Positions 39,846-53,580 of a DNA stretch of 64,000 bases are shown here, in pieces. The position numbers and the translations under genes were made by a program. Numbering within the stretch: the first letter of the stretch is position 1; every line of letters starts with the position of its first letter. The notes below the pieces were generated by a model. The model saw only the letters and a list, made by a program, of their open reading frames with translations. It was not told the origin of the DNA and ran no database searches. Origin of the DNA: Batkoa obscura (taxonomy: Eukaryota); assembly GCA_030770535.1 (NCBI GenBank), contig JASVEC010000018.1, positions 434,001 through 498,000 on the forward strand, in the 5' to 3' direction.

Positions 39846-41915
39846 TAGTTATTATTAATAAAGTACAATATTAAATATTAAGAATATAAATAAGAATCTT
39901 AAATCTATTAAGAAGTTAAAGCGTATATAAATTGGAATTTAGGTGATATATATAATAGTTGGATGTTAGAGTTAAGTTATATGGGGTAAGTAGTTAGCTA
40001 TTAACAGTTAAATGAAGGATTGATATCTATTGATTGGCTTATTAGAATTAAGTGTTATATTATTGGTAAATTAAAGAAGAGTTGATATAAGAATTGATTA
40101 AAGAAGAGGTAAATGATTGGATGAAAAGAGGTATTGATTAAGTTTACCAATCAAGTAACTGAAATTTAAAAATTATAAAAAGAAAACTTACTCACTCATT
40201 TCAACTTTTAAACGGAAATTAAATCAACGTTAAACAAAAATTATAAGCTGAGAGAAAGAGATTCTTAATTTCCTGTATCAAAGTATAAAAAATTTCATAA
40301 TTTCTAAGAATCTTGATCCTATTATGGTATATACGACTTTGATTGCACTCTAATTTTTAATTTGTTTTTAATTTGTTTGATTTGGCCACTCATTGGTTAC
40401 ATTAATATGGTATATGACCATGTGGTCCCCTTCGGAAAAATTGGCTCGTTTTAACAAAATATTTAGCATTTTTACTTGTGAAAAAGTTGAAATACAAAGT
40501 GTAAAAGGCAACTTTTTCAACTCATTACATCACCAAACAGCATCCTTCATAAAAAAGAATAAACTTAAATCCCTAATTGAGAAAACTTTTGCATTAATAA
40601 CCAATTATAAGCTTATTTAAGGAATACTTTAGAATAAATAGATATTAAAGAATAACACTTTGCATCATCTTGCATTCAAATATTTAGCGATTTATAACAA
40701 GAACTAATTAGAGGATGTTTAATATATCAAAAAATTTATTGATGAAACGATGCTGCTTTTATAAATAGATTAGTTAAAGAGGATGTTTGTGTTGAGGGTT
40801 TATAGCCATGAAAAAAGGGCTCAGCCTATTTTAAAACTGAAACATTAGCTAGCAATATTTATATTTTATATGCATGGCTTATTACAAAAAAAGCTAATTA
40901 CAAAAGTAATGAGTGATGTGTTTTCCTTGGAATTTAAAGTGCACTTTTATTTGTGTATAAAAAGTGTGATAAAATTAGTTTAAAATTAAAATTTGGATTT
41001 TAAACTTATTAAATTTAATTGTAAACTAAAAGTTTTAAATATCAAATAATATATTCTAAAATAACTATAATAAATTGTAGATATCAAAATAGCTATATTT
41101 TTCAAAAATAAATTAATAGTCGTTTAAAATTTAATCTTATATAAAGAAAGTATTAGTTTGAAAAACTAAGGACATAAATTGCACGCTGGTTTTTTTGTAA
41201 AACTCATACTTCAGAATAATTTCCCAAAAATCTAAGCCTATTTGTTTTGAAATAGTAATTTATATAATAGATTGTTATTCAATGGATAGATAAGATATGC
41301 TCACCACTTATTTTTATGTTTTTTAAAGGTAATTTAAAGGATACTAGTAAAAGTTTAATGTATTTGATCATCTTTAGCTCTTATCTTTGTTACAATTTAA
41401 GGTGTAAAAATCAGCAACTAAGTAAACCGCTCGTTTTTATAAAAAAACCGTATATAACATGAATAAGTTTAAAAGTAGTAATTTTTTACTGTAAATAAAG
41501 GCATGCAAAACCATCAGTGATTAGTACAATGGATTGACAGCAAACATTTACATTATCTATAAATAAGTTTTTGAAATGAGATACAAAAGGTTAATAAATT
41601 TATTAATTAATTAAATCGCTCATGTTGTTGTGTATTAAAGGATAAGAATAGGAATAGGAAGATATTACATAAATATATGAATTACATTAATCTAGATTTT
41701 AATAATTTATACTTTTAATATACTATTAATAATCCTGAGAAGTTTTAATTTATTTATTCACTTTAATGTCATAACTTTTTATATGGACCTAAGTTTATGT
41801 TTGTTTAGTTTAGTATTTCAAAGATTTAAATAAATCCTGTGATATTAGCTAAAAAGACTTTTTGATGGATAAGAAAAAGTTCAAATATTAGTTAGCAAAA
41901 ATGGCCAAAGCTTTT

Positions 41916-42019
41916 GCATAGGAGGATATTTTTTTTTGAGAGTTTGTAACATTTTTTCTACCCAATAGTGCTTAAAAAAATGGAAAAGGCGATGAAATCA
42001 AAAAAGACGTTCCTGTGTA
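41916..42019 (+). mobile_element. MITE family A, copy 3 (diverged)
   Basis: ataggaggatattt..cccaatagtgcttaaaaaaatggaaaaggcgatgaaatc..acgttcctgtgt. Confidence 0.65.
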
Positions 42020-43490
42020 ATTTTTTCAAAGGTAAAATATGTATTTTCTAAAATACCTAGTTTTTCAAAGCTATTGATAAACACTTAAAAAGAACTCTAA
42101 ACTGTTCAAACCTCTTAGCAAAGGCTTCAATAATAGCAAGCAAACTTTTGGTACAGGGGGGGCACAGTTTTAGTAATTTTGTTTCTTTTCTTTTTAAAGC
42201 CAAGCAAAGCTTTTGAACTATTTTTTAAATAGACTTTTAGCACATTTTTTCCAAAAAAAATTGAACTGAAGTTTTTCTGATACTAATTTTCAGCAAAAGC
42301 AGGAGGAATTAAAGATTCCCAGTAAATATTTTATTTTACTCACTTTTGTTAAGAATTATTGTTTAAATTTTTTTATACCAATTTGTTCAAATGTTTTTCT
42401 GAAATAAGCATAATGTATTGAATTTTTTTCTAAAGAATGAAGTGTTCACTGTTATAATCTTTAAGAATTATAACGTTGTCTATATACCATTTAAGATAGT
42501 TTTTTTTAGAACTTATTGACTGCTTTTATAAAAGCAATTAACCTATCAAACCCTTAAAGCAATTATTGTAATCAGTGTATATCCAAGGGTTATGTAGTTA
42601 AAATTATTATACAAACATAATATATAGATATGCTTTAAATTGTTTACAAAGCTTTATATTAATTAAATAACCCATTCTTAAAATATAGTTATTATTGATA
42701 AAAATTTCAAACAAGTTTCAACTTTTGCCTCAACATACTGTATGTTGAGCTTTAATCATACCTTAATAATGAATAATATAATTGATACTAGATTTGAAAT
42801 GTATACTGTTTGTATACTATACAATAAATTAGAATAAAAAAGTATATATGCTATAAACTTTGACATTTCATAATAGTTAACTATTTTGTTTGTAAAACCA
42901 TTCTAAAATTTAAACTTTATTTCATTTATATCTCAAAAGACAGTGATTCAATTAATTTAAAACTTTACACAAGTATGAATAATAAACTGTATAACAGATT
43001 CATAAAAGCAAAACTTATTTATCTTATTTTACACGCGTTTACTTAGCAAGGCCCTTAAATTTTCGTCCTTCCCTCATAGCGACTGTAATTGCCAGAAGTT
43101 GTCCATTTTTAAGGGTTTTTAATATTGCTCAAAGGCTATCTTGCTTTCGAAGTATGATTGAATCTTAGCATCTTGTTGGGTATAAAAACAAAAAATATTT
43201 TATTTTATACATGTACTATTTCATATAGGATGAATCCAAATGTAGAAAATATTAATAATTTAATTACCAGTTTGCCGAGGAATTAATGCTCAAAGCTAAA
43301 TCCTCAAACCTTTGTGATTGTCTTCTAGGGTACTGTACAATGTGATATAAATCTTAACTTACATTTAATAGATAGTAAATACGTTACGGCATAAAATAAA
43401 TAACTGTAAACATCATGTGTAACATAAAAGAAATCTAATATACTAAGTAAAACCTGCTTTAATTAAAATCTTTTACTTTTAATTCCCATT

Positions 43491-44470
43491 CTACGCTGAA
43501 AACCTTTGTCTAGCATACTCTCCAGCGGCATTTCTAGCTACATCACTTGAAGCAGCTGAAGTAAAAGCTTCTCCTTTAGCATCAGAAAATGTATGACCTA
43601 CTTCTTTACAATGACTATGAACTCTAAAAAAGAGTAAAGTATTGAATACAGCCAATATAGCAAATAAGCTCATTGAAATAAATCCAAAAACTGCTGCAAA
43701 TATTTTACCACCCGATAAAATATAGATTGAATTTAATGCTCCACAAGAACCAGTTCCTGGTATTCCTATAGCCATGTAAATAACGAATAGTATATGGAAG
43801 GCATTGAAGATGAGATAGATAACTATTTATAAAGATTTAATTAAATTAATCGAATATATAATATAACCCTAAAAAACTTACAAAAATACAAAGCTTTTTC
43901 TTTCATAAAAGCATTATAAATAGGTCTATACCATAAATAAAACGAAGGAAATGGGAATATTAAAAAATAGGATAATGCGGAAAAAAAGTTACTTGAAACC
44001 GAAGTCAAATTTGGTGGATTAGAAGCCCAAAATACAATTGAAGTTATAAAATTAAAAGTCAATACTGCCAAAAATGCTAACCATGATTGATATAATCGCG
44101 TGACTATCGGCCTCTTTGAAGTTTCTATTTCTTCATTGATATTGAAATAATAAATTGGATAAAAAAAAGGGAAATTTGGAGGCTTGATCCCACTTGTTCT
44201 AAGATGTTCCCTTTGATTCTCAAGTTCCCTTTCTCGGGCTGCTAACTCAGCTTCTCGATTTGCTAACTCTCTCTCCCTTTGACTTACTGTGCTATCGGTT
44301 AAATCGCGTCCCTCATGTTGACTTAACTGTATGCTTTCATATGGGTTTAAATCTTCACTGGATCTTAGTGAAAAGTTCTGACCTGAATTTGAGTGGTCTT
44401 GGTTTGGATCTTTGAATGGATCTTCGGCATTATCTGCAAATGGATTCGAGAGATAAGGGTTGTTGCTCAT
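43491..44470 (-). CDS. Secretory carrier membrane protein (SCAMP), 2 exons
   Basis: N-terminal NPY/NPF/DPF motifs, coiled coil (RERELANREAEL), PPNFP, E-peptide LWYRPIYNAF, four TM segments. Confidence 0.92.
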
Positions 44471-45200
44471 TTTTTATTAAAAAGTTGATTTTCGGTTTTT
44501 TGATTTCTTGGTTTTTATGCCACTGAAACGAGGTTTATGATCTTTGTTCTATACTGATGGTTCAACTCTACTGTGACTTTTTTAACGATAGCTTTTGTAA
44601 TTAACTTATTTATACAGTCATTTTTTAGACCTTGATCCTTATATTTGATGAAATTTTAACATGAATTTTTATCGTAAATAAACAGTTAGTCAGGTCATAA
44701 AAGAATTGTAACAGCTGTATTAAGGAATTGTTTGGAAAGTATATAAAAAAACATTTATATCCTTGCTATATTTGTATTTAACTAATGACTTAATATTGTA
44801 AATCAATAAGCTTAAGGTGTTGTATAATGGGGATATTTTTTAAGAATGTATAAATAGAATTGGCAAGCTATTTTTGTTGAGGAAGTTGAAACTCAATTGA
44901 GTATTATGATAAAATAATCGCTTAAGCTATACTTGATAATAAATAATATCTTTTTAGGTTGCGTGAAAGCTAATATATATATATTTTAAGAAGAGCACAT
45001 GAAAATTTACTAGTTTCTTCCTACTAAAATTACTCTTTAACTTAAATCCCATAAACAATTTGCATTACATGAGAGTATATAAAAATTAACAATTTCAAAA
45101 TAAAACAAAATAGGCGATAATTCAAAACCTGCATCTCATTTAGTGACAAGAAAAAAGATTTAAACAAATAATTTAACAATTTTTTTTAATTAAGTTTAGC

Positions 45201-45713
45201 TTAAACTCTTTCTTGAACCTTAGGTTCCCAACTTTCAAACTTAGACTTAGTTGTTGAGTAAGGCTTATATGCCTTTGGAGTACCTGTGACATTTTCTACA
45301 TGTTTAGTAGTGACCCATTTGTACATTGGTGTTAATTCTTGGTCTGGTTTAGGTACTGTTGAATTGGTAAAATGTAACCAATTGCGCCTTAAATTTTGAA
45401 AAATGATATTAAAAAATAGTGATAAAAGAATAGTTATTTTACCATTTAGCAGGTACTTGACTAGGATCATAGTCATAAGCTGCGTACTCAACATGGCGAT
45501 GACGAGCTATTGAAATTAATTTTTATGAAATTTAAAGCTTAATATAAAGTTACCCCAAGTTTCGTCGTTATCCTCATAATATCTATTACCAAGGGCATCT
45601 TTACCAACATAAACACCACCCTTGACATCTTTGATTACCCAAAGTTGATTAAATGTACGTTTTAAATCCCAACTGGATTTGAATTTACGTACCCATTGTC
45701 CAAGTGATGCCAT
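45201..45713 (-). CDS. NDUFA12: Complex I subunit NDUFA12 (B17.2), 3 exons
   Basis: YVGKDALGNRYYE, RHRHVEY..YDPSQVPAKW, WLH, HVENVTGTPKAYKPYSTTKSKFESWEP. Confidence 0.92.
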
Positions 45714-45909
45714 TTTATTTTATATTGATTTAAAATCTAATCTATCAATTGAAATCTTGAAAATCGAAATATTTAAACTAAAATGTGGTTTTATTGGTCA
45801 ATTAAAAATAATAAAAAGACAAAATCTTTGCCCAAATTATGGATATTTGATGATGATTTTTAAGCTTCGAAACGTTTAAACTAAAAGTTTATTTTAATTT
45901 TAATAAGAA

Positions 45910-46610
45910 ATGTCATATAACAATAGCAACAACCCACAGCTACAACAATGGTTTCAATCTGTAGATACTGATCGATCGGGACAAATATGTGCTGAAGAAT
46001 TACAAAGAGCATTAGTGAATGGTATTATAATAAATAAAATAAAAGAAGAGTTGTTAATCTAAAAAATAAAGGTGATTGGACCCCATTTGACATTGAAACT
46101 ATCAAGTTGATGATTGATATGTTTGATCAGGACCAAAGTGGTACTATAGGTTTCAACGAATTTATATCTTTATGGCAGTATATTGGTGAATGGCAGCAAT
46201 GTTTTCGTAGTTTCGACAAGGATAATTCAAATACTATCGATATTCAAGAACTCACCACTGCTCTTCGTACTTTTGGTTTTAACTTATCAGATAGGATCAT
46301 TAGAATTTGTCTTAAAAAATTTAACAAACATGGTAATTTTTTGCTCTTTATGTTATTATTATTATGTAATTCAAATAGCAAGTAAAGCCCAAAGAAAAAA
46401 TATGGATCCTAATGTAGCTACTTTCGATACTTTTATAAGACTTTGCGTTACCTTAAGAATGTTAACTGATTCCTTCCGTAGATTTGATAATGATAATGAT
46501 GGTGTTATTCAAATTGGATATGAAAATGTAAGTTTAAAATTTGTTATTAATTATTATGTAATTAATCAAATTTTATTTAGTTTTTGGATTTATTTGTTAA
46601 TGGTAAATAA
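45910..46610 (+). CDS. PEF1: Penta-EF-hand calcium-binding protein (ALG-2/peflin family), 4 exons
   Basis: [69 protein letters not shown]. Confidence 0.92.
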
Positions 46611-47712
46611 ATTTAAAACATTATAATTGTTTAATTATCGTCATACTCAGCTATGTCTAATTATACGTTTATTTTTATTTTTATAACATAAAAGTGTAAC
46701 TAGTATGATGATAGTGATATACTAATAGTATAGATTTCAAAAATGTGGCTTTTATGTTCTTATAGATTAAAAGTACATGGTTCAAATGATATAGTGCTTA
46801 CCATGCTCTGTATTGTTATTTTTTTACTATTATATTTAAATGACTATAGTTTATTAAGGAAATATGTTAAATCATTCTATGATATTATTTTAGTTCACTA
46901 GTATTTTTTACATATATAACTTTTAATTAATTATATGTCCATATTAGCTTACTTCATAATGTAAAACCCGAAATTGTATAATGACATTTTAATTAATTAA
47001 AGTAATAAATTAAAGTAATAAATTAAAAGCAGTAACGGATAGTAAATTAATGATTTGATTAAAGTTTAATAAAAAAACCAATTGATTTATTATCAGCTTG
47101 ATATAATTTTAATATAAAAATATTATAGTCATATTTTTTATATTTTCAACTATACAGGTTTGCCAATTCATTATTGTTATTTATATATATAGTTAAATTT
47201 TAATTATCAAATTAAATCATTTAACATATAAATAAATGTGAAGTCCTTAATTAAATAATAACGTAACTATTATTAAATAACATTTACTTTATATCAAACT
47301 CTATTAGCTATTTATTTTTATAATTATTTATTATTAACCTATTTTTTATATATTGCTTATATTGATTTAGCTTATTTAAGGAGTATTGTTCTACATTTAG
47401 TTAACTCAGGTGAAATACTCCCAAAAAATTAAATCATAACTTATCACATCGATCTACCATAAAAAATGAAAGCCTACAAATAAAACCCAATTTGATAAAA
47501 AAGGCAAAACGAATGAAGCATTCTTAAGCAACCAATCAAACCTTTTAAAGTTGACTCGGAATGGCAATGAGAACTGGAATCTACCAATCAATATGGAATT
47601 ATTCTTCCGAGCCATTTCACCCTTTAAAACCAAAATCTATGGCTAGCTCAATGTTAGGCTTTAGCATAAAACAACTAGCTAACAATTCTTTAATCTCTTT
47701 TGTTAAAATACC

Positions 47713-47994
47713 ATGAATCATTTGAGCGAACAAAAACTTAAAAAACTAATTGAAAATAATCGCAACTTAAGACAGCAATTGGATTTACCACGTATCCCAG
47801 TGTCTGAAGCTAGTCAATCGTAAGTTTTTTATATAAAATGAATAATTTAAATTCAAATTTATTAATTCCGTCTATAAAGCTTAATTAAGTATGCTACTAC
47901 AACTCCAGATTATCTCATTCCACAAATTTGGGGTAGTGCGCCTGTAGATCCATTTAATCCAAACAAAGCCACTTCTTGTTGTACAGTTATGTAA
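47713..47994 (+). CDS. Heterotrimeric G-protein gamma subunit, 2 exons (intron 47820-47879)
   Basis: MNHLSEQKLKKLIENNRNLRQQLDLPRIPVSEASQS-LIKYATTTPDYLIPQIWG..DPF..CCTVM*, a GGL domain plus CCaaX. Missing from the ORF track. Confidence 0.93.
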
Positions 47995-49728
47995 ACTTTA
48001 GTTTTTTTATTACAATGGATTAATTTTTTCTCAATTTGACGCTTCCTTTTTTTTAATAATTGGTAATTAAATTATAAAACCCCACCTTAACTTCTATTGT
48101 TCTTTTTTATCCATAATCTATTAAATTGTTGTTGCACCTTCATTGTGCCTTTTTTTATAGTTTTACACTTGATTTTCAAAATGTCAATGAAATCGAATGC
48201 TCACAATTTTATTAAGCGTTGCTGCATTATATAGAGAAAGCAATACTTTTGATAACATTAGTATGTGTTATATATTAAGATCTATAGGTATATATTATGT
48301 AGTCAACTTATCAAAGTTGAACTTAATTATAATATTCAGTTATAATACTAGTCTAATACTTTTTAATGATTTGTCTATAGAATTTTAATTGAATTTTATA
48401 CGGTATATAGAACGATCATTGTATTCAAGTACTTGCATATTGTGATAGAATGATTCATGTTAAAATGCTTCTACGTTATAATAGGATGGTATTGTATACG
48501 GACTTTAATACTTTAGTAATAATATGAAGTAGAATGTTATAAAAAAAGAACTAATAAATGAAAAATGAATCCAATTACTAAATTTATCAAGTTCCATTTA
48601 AATTATTATAAATTATTCAATAAAGTAGTAATATTAATAAAAAAATCAATTTCAAGTATAAAAGTTGACAAATTTAGTAAATATTTTATTTTGGAATCAA
48701 TATTTTATCTATTTGTTTAATGTAAGTTTTGATTATATGATCATTATAAGGGTTTGGAAGCCTTTGTATCATAAGTTATAGTAGTTTCTTACTATTAACA
48801 AAGCGAAATATAAAGTGATAATAAGTAACGAAAAGAATAGATTGATTGTAAACTTTGAATATTTAACCTTTGTTTAAATCCAGTGATCATCCCCTATCCT
48901 CCCCTTTCTTATCCCATCAGCTTCATATTATACTTTAGCTTTCTCTCTCGTAAACAAACCACTTTAGAATTTAGTCCTTTTATTTTTATATTGTTAAAAA
49001 AGATGCTTAATATTTTATTTAAAAATACAAATTGTTTCTTTAGTTGTATATGGAGTTAATATTAAAACAATAATATTAATACTAAGGTCCATTAAAATAG
49101 TTAAAGAATAGGTGGACCATTCTGATTTTCCTAAGCTTTTTTGCCCATGAAGTTGGTGTCAGTGGAATTTGACACAGCTTTGAGATAAGCAGTATTTTCA
49201 AGCTATCATTGGCTATCTCAAAAAATATATTGAACAAGTTATTATAAAGTTTTAACTAATATTTAAAAGCAAAACTAAACAAAATGAAATATTGATATAG
49301 AATGGATTTTTTATGCTCAAAATTACAGTGTTTTCCTTTATTCAATTTTCCTTTATTTTTTGTCATTATTATATTGTACTTTTGACTCTTTGTTCAAATC
49401 TTTAAGCAATAATCCGTCATGGTTGAAAGTATTGAATTCTAAACTCATTTTAACTTTCTTCAACTTTAACTTTTGGGAAAAATTCAATTATCCGTTTAAT
49501 CTAAAGTTTACCAATATCCGATTTAAGTGAATTTTCTAAATAAGATAGCTAATTAAATTAATCCTCCAATTACCAACAATTACTCATTAACCAATGAGAT
49601 CCATAATAAAAAACAGTCATCAACAGTCATCAATTGAAAATGAGTATATAAATAATAATAATCATATCTATAGAATAAGAGTATTTAAAATAAACAAATA
49701 GAACACAATTAAAAGATAGTACAATAAA

Positions 49729-51439
49729 ATGAGTGAAGAAAACATCTATCTATTAGATTATGGCGCAGGGAATGTACGCTCTTTAATCAATGCCGTTAGC
49801 AGCTTAGGTTATACCATAAAAACAATTACAAGTAAAGAAGATTTCTTTAAAGCGGATGTAAGTTCAATTTATACACCCATTTAAGTCAAACTAATTTTAT
49901 TTTTTCATTCTCTAGAAAATTCTTTTTCCAGGAGTAGGTAATTTTGGTTTAGCTATGAAAAGTTTAAGAGAATTAGGATATTATGATTCATTAAAACAAT
50001 ATATTCAACAAAATAAAAAATTCCTTGGTATTTGTGTTGGTATGCAATGTTTATTTGAAGGTTCAACCGAAGCTTCAGAGGGAGAGGACTTCAAAGGATT
50101 AGATATTATTTCAAGTAAAGCGCAGTATTTTAATAATACCATAAAAGCAGTACCTCATATGGGTTGGAATCAAGTTTATTTACATAAAAAAGAAAAAGAA
50201 GGACAAGCCCCATTATCACTTAATTTGGAGAATTATTATTATTTTGTTCATTCATATGCAATTCCATTCGATACATGTCCTAAAGAATGGATCTTAAGCA
50301 GTACTGTTTATAAAGGGGAGCACTTTGTTTCGGCCGTAGGTAAAGGAAATGTTATTGGGGTACAATTTCATCCAGAAAAAAGTGGCAAGTTTGGATTGAA
50401 ATTTTTAGATGCTTTTTTAACTAATAAGAAGGATTTATTTGTTGATGAAATACTATTAACCCCAAAAATCGATTTAAATATTGATTTATTAAGTAAAAGA
50501 ATAGTAGCTTGTTTAGATGTAAGAACCAATGAAGTTGGAGAATTAATAGTTACTAAAGGAGATCAATATGATGTACGAGAAAAAGACGAAAGTAATAGTA
50601 TAAGAAATTTAGGTCAGCCTGTTGAAATTGCTAAAAAATATTATGACGCAGGAGCAGATGAGATTTGTTTTTTGAATATAACTTCCTTTAAAAATTGTCC
50701 AATAAATGATTTACCAATGTTAAAAATATTACAATTAGCAAGTGAAAAATTATTTGTTCCGCTAACTGTTGGTGGAGGAATTAAAGATTTTAGTTATAAT
50801 AATACAGTAATTGATGCTGTTGATGTTGCTGGTATTTATTTTCGTAATGGTGCAGATAAAGTTTCAATTGGCTCTGATGCAGTTATTTCAGCTATGAACT
50901 ATTATAAAAATAATCAACAATTAGATAATACTTCCCCAATTGAAAAAATCAGTCAAATTTATGGAAAACAAGCAGTTGTTATATCGGTGGATCCAAAAAG
51001 AGTATATGTTACTGAAGATTATAATAACAGTAATAATTATACTATAATTAAAACAAAACAATTAGGACCCAATAAAGAAACTTCATGTTATTTCCAATGT
51101 ACTGTAAAAGGCGGTAGAGAAGGTGTTGAACTAGATGTAATTCAATTAATTAAAGCATGTGAAGTTATGGGTGCTGGTGAATTAATGGTTAATTCTATTG
51201 ATAGAGATGGTACGAATTCTGGTTTTGATTTAGAGTTAATTCAACTAGTTAAAAATAATGTAAAATTACCTATTATTGCTTCTTCAGGTGCAGGGAATTC
51301 AGCTCATTTTCAACAACTATTTCAACTAAATCCAAGCCCTGAAGCTGGTTTAGCTGCTGGTATATTTCATCGTGATGAATTACCTATTCCAAAACTTAAA
51401 AAGGAGTTGATTGATCTTGGTTTAACTATTAAACCTTAA
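49729..51439 (+). CDS. HIS7: Imidazole glycerol phosphate synthase (fused HisH-HisF), 2 exons
   Basis: LLDYGAGNVRSL, FPGVGNF, GICVGMQ, QFHPEKS, KRIVACLDVR, TKGDQYDVRE. Confidence 0.97.
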
Positions 51440-51529
51440 ATATACCAAAACACTGAAAATAAAAAATAAAAATAAAACTATATCATATACTATATTTTAT
51501 TTATATTATTATTATTTTATTCTATTTAT

Positions 51530-52690
51530 TTATAATGTTAATACACTTCTTTCGTTTCTATTAACCTCTTCCTCATCTAGTTTAATATCTGGTTTGACTT
51601 CCCTTTGTTGTATTTTAATTAAATCAATCTTTTGTCCAGCTTCAATTAATTCCTTTAGCCATTCAATATTTTCTTCAGTTATAATGCCTTGTTTTAAAAA
51701 GTACTCCAACTCAGGCAAATAAATATTCTTATAATCCTTTAATTTATCCTCAATTTTTTTTACTTCTTTTAAATAACGTTGATTAATAAAGTCTACATCT
51801 ATATTCCATTGGCTTGTTTTCATGATTTTATAACTTAATTTATAGATCAAATATATATGATTGTTTCCTTCTTTTTGTTTATTATTATCGTTATTATTTA
51901 TATTCTTCCAGTTAATAAAACATTCACTTAACCTTTGATATAATTGATAATCATTAGGTCGTATTTGATCGTATTTTTTAAAACAAGTAATTGCATCTAA
52001 TTAAAGCATTAGTTAAATGTAAATAATAAACAAAATAATCTAGTATTAATGTAATTACCATTTAATAGCCCATTAAAACTAAAAACAATTCCTTTTAAAA
52101 TCAGATGCCCTAAATCATTAGCATCCTTAATATATAAATAAATAAATTTAGTTTAATATATCAGCTAAAAAACATCAAAATATTTACCTTCCATCCTAAT
52201 ACCATCTTATATGCCATATCGTATTGTTTTAACTTTAAATAAGCTTTAATTAATATTTCCACCACTTCTTTACCATTAGAAACTCGAGTTAAATGTTTTT
52301 TATTCAAAAATTCTGTCCCTAAAGCAATAGTTTCTTCATATCTTTTATTGAAATATTTTTGCTCTAAGGAATATTTGATTTGGGTAGCACCTAAGCCACT
52401 TGATTCAAATCTCATTTCCATTGTTTCATTAGCTTTTAAATTAAACCACTAATATATGAAAAATGATATTAATATTGATATATTATATTATGGGACGAAA
52501 TTAAATAAATAAATAAACTTACCCCCGGTTCCTCTCCAATTGGTCTATAATTTTGAACTTCTAAACGATGTTTTTCTAACTTTTGTTTTTCAATTTCAAT
52601 TTCCTTTTCTTTCTTTAATTGAATTTCTTCCTCATTATCGGATGCTTCTAAGGCCCCAAACTCAAAATAGGTTTCATTATCATCGGTCAT
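51530..52690 (-). CDS. TPR-like protein, possibly C8orf76-like, multi-exon
   Basis: NYRPIGEEPG-WF, EQKYFNKRYEETI, KEVVEILIKAYLKLKQYDMA, DAITCFKKYDQIRPNDY. Confidence 0.6.
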
Positions 52691-53580
52691 TATGTTTGAT
52701 TATTTAACGAAATATGAGTATATTTTTTTATTAATTCTTTTTGTTATTTAAAAAAAACAGATACTAACTTTTGACCCTTTAATCCCATTTGATTAAAATT
52801 TAAATAATTTTTATTGGTTTATAGCTAATTTGGGTCAATTTTGCTTATCTGTTTATTTGAGAAGTATTCAGCTAAAATTAAACTAAAACTTAAGTGTTAA
52901 GCTTTAATATAATGCTTAAATAAACTACTTAATTATAAAAATTACCACTAAATAAGTTATATTTCACTAGAATTAGCTTAATTTATTTTTAAACTTAAAA
53001 AATATTAAGGCCAATTAGTAAATATCACTAAATATTAAAGAATCAAATCTAATATTTTCAAAATGTACTAAATGAAATAAAACAAGTACGTAAATTTCGA
53101 CTGAGTATCATAGAATGAGTATATTGAGTTAACGGGTTACTATAAATAGCAATAGTTAGAATTCTGTAATTTACTATGTTATTTTAAATGATTTTTATGT
53201 GACAATACCCTATGATTATAGTTTAAAGAAAGGGCTTAATTATCCATCTACTATATAGAAAAATCATACAATTTAATATTACTTGAGCTAATAATAGTAT
53301 ATATTATTAATTTAGAACATTTTTAAATAGATAATAGACAAACTATTATCATAATGCATCTTAAACTAATTTTATAAAAAATGGTTTAATCAATACATTG
53401 GTAGTCATATGTTTACTATAACTAAATAATGACTACTAAAAAATATAAATATATAAAGTTTGATCCGAGACAATGTGCATTCAAAATAATGAGAGGACTA
53501 TAAATATATAGACAAAGAAGATAGTTTAAGTATCAAAAAGTTCCATTGAACAGTTCCACATAACCCAAAAAACAATATAA

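Noticed and set aside
43020..43360. GC-richer patch downstream of SCAMP with splice-like signals
   Set aside because: No consistent spliced frame or RNA family could be built.
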